Assembly: GCA_050125095.1 (NCBI GenBank)
Contig: JASFEA010000082.1
Location: 1-14,692, forward strand
Direction: 5' to 3'
Length of the DNA stretch: 14,692 nucleotides
DNA from: a bacterium
GTDB taxonomy: Bacteria > Arandabacterota > Arandabacteria > Arandabacterales > JALGWA01
Below the pieces are notes generated by a model, which was not told the origin of the DNA, did not search any database, and worked only from the letters and a program-made list of their open reading frames with translations. The translations under genes and the position numbers were made by a program. Shown here one piece after another: positions 14,055 through 14,692 of the stretch. The number at the start of each line of letters is the position of its first letter. Positions within the stretch are counted from its first letter, which is position 1.

Positions 14055-14692
14055 CGCTCTTCCTCCGGGCTCAGGGCCAGACTGAGCAGGTCGAATGATG
14101 CCTCCATGAGGTCATCGGGCTCGACGCCGTGGCATTCCTTGAGGTGCTCGCCGGTGCCGTGTATGAGGTTTATCACCCCGTCCGACTGCGCCCACAGCAG
14201 CAGCGCCGTCGTTTCGGGGTCGAGGTCGGGCCTTATGGAGCCGTCTTCTATTCCGGCCCGCAGCGCGGCGCGGACAAGCTCCAGCACGCTCTGGCCGGTT
14301 TCGTGCATCTGGGTGGCGAGGCCTGTCTTCTCATCGAGTGCGCAGAATTTCTTTTCGAAGTGGACCATTGCCCTTGAGTAGTCGGGATACTTCTTGGAGA
14401 ATTCGTAGTAGGCGCGGCCGATGGCGCGCACGCTGTCTATGCCTCGCTCCTCGCGGGCGGCCACTTTCTCGAACATCTCGCGGAGCCGGTTCATGCCGCG
14501 CATGTTAACGGCGAGATACATGTCTTCCTTGCTCTCGAAATAGAGATACAGTGTCGCCTTGCTGAGTTCGGCCTCGGCGGCGACGTCGTCAACGGTGGCA
14601 TCCTTGAAGTCGCCTGAGAAGAAGACCTTTTCGGCGGCGTCGAGGATGTCGTTTCTTCTCTTCTGCTTCTCGCGCTTTTTTCTCTCGGTGAT
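14051..14692 (-). CDS. TetR/AcrR family transcriptional regulator, 5'-truncated by the window edge
   Basis: The frame stays open to the edge and reads ITERKKREKQKRRNDILDAAEKVFFSGDFKDATVDDVAAEAELSKATLYLYFESKEDMYL, a TetR helix-turn-helix. The track's 156-aa ORF is only the C-terminal part. Confidence 0.93.
   Translation of the reverse strand: MTERKKREKQKRRNDILDAAEKVFFSGDFKDATVDDVAAEAELSKATLYLYFESKEDMYLAVNMRGMNRLREMFEKVAAREERGIDSVRAIGRAYYEFSKKYPDYSRAMVHFEKKFCALDEKTGLATQMHETGQSVLELVRAALRAGIEDGSIRPDLDPETTALLLWAQSDGVINLIHGTGEHLKECHGVEPDDLMEASFDLLSLALSPEEER

Noticed and set aside
308..14381. Other plus-strand and short alternative-frame ORFs (for example 6291-7058, 7326-7958, 12897-13889)
   Set aside because: All overlap well-supported minus-strand genes and show no recognisable domains.
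1..14692. CRISPR arrays, tRNA/rRNA, IS or prophage elements, defence genes
   Set aside because: I saw no regularly spaced repeats, cloverleaf signatures, transposase/integrase motifs or nuclease domains, and the intergenic gaps are short.

Overview
GC-rich bacterial DNA with every credible gene on the minus strand. In transcription order (right to left): a TetR regulator cut by the window edge, then a TolC - lipoprotein adaptor - AcrB-family tripartite efflux operon; a 280-bp intergenic region with AT-rich patches and several stacked promoter-like boxes; a receptor-like Hanks-type Ser/Thr kinase (kinase - TM - TolB-N-like - TPR); a roughly 1,590-aa secreted gingipain-like (C25, clan CD) protease with an intact His/Cys dyad and a long mosaic tail ending in a T9SS/FlgD-like sorting domain; and the first 8 nt of another gene with its own promoter. 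I saw no RNA genes, mobile elements or CRISPR arrays. The most interesting signal is in the protease, where several features suggest a Lys-specific, self-processing enzyme: a Lys in the propeptide inhibitory-loop position, a Lys at the pro/mature junction, a Kgp-like SYWxED motif, and a 437-residue Lys-free stalk that ends abruptly in a Lys/Arg-rich loop. All family calls come from motif recognition by eye, with no database search. Protease residue numbers follow the 1622-aa ORF track.
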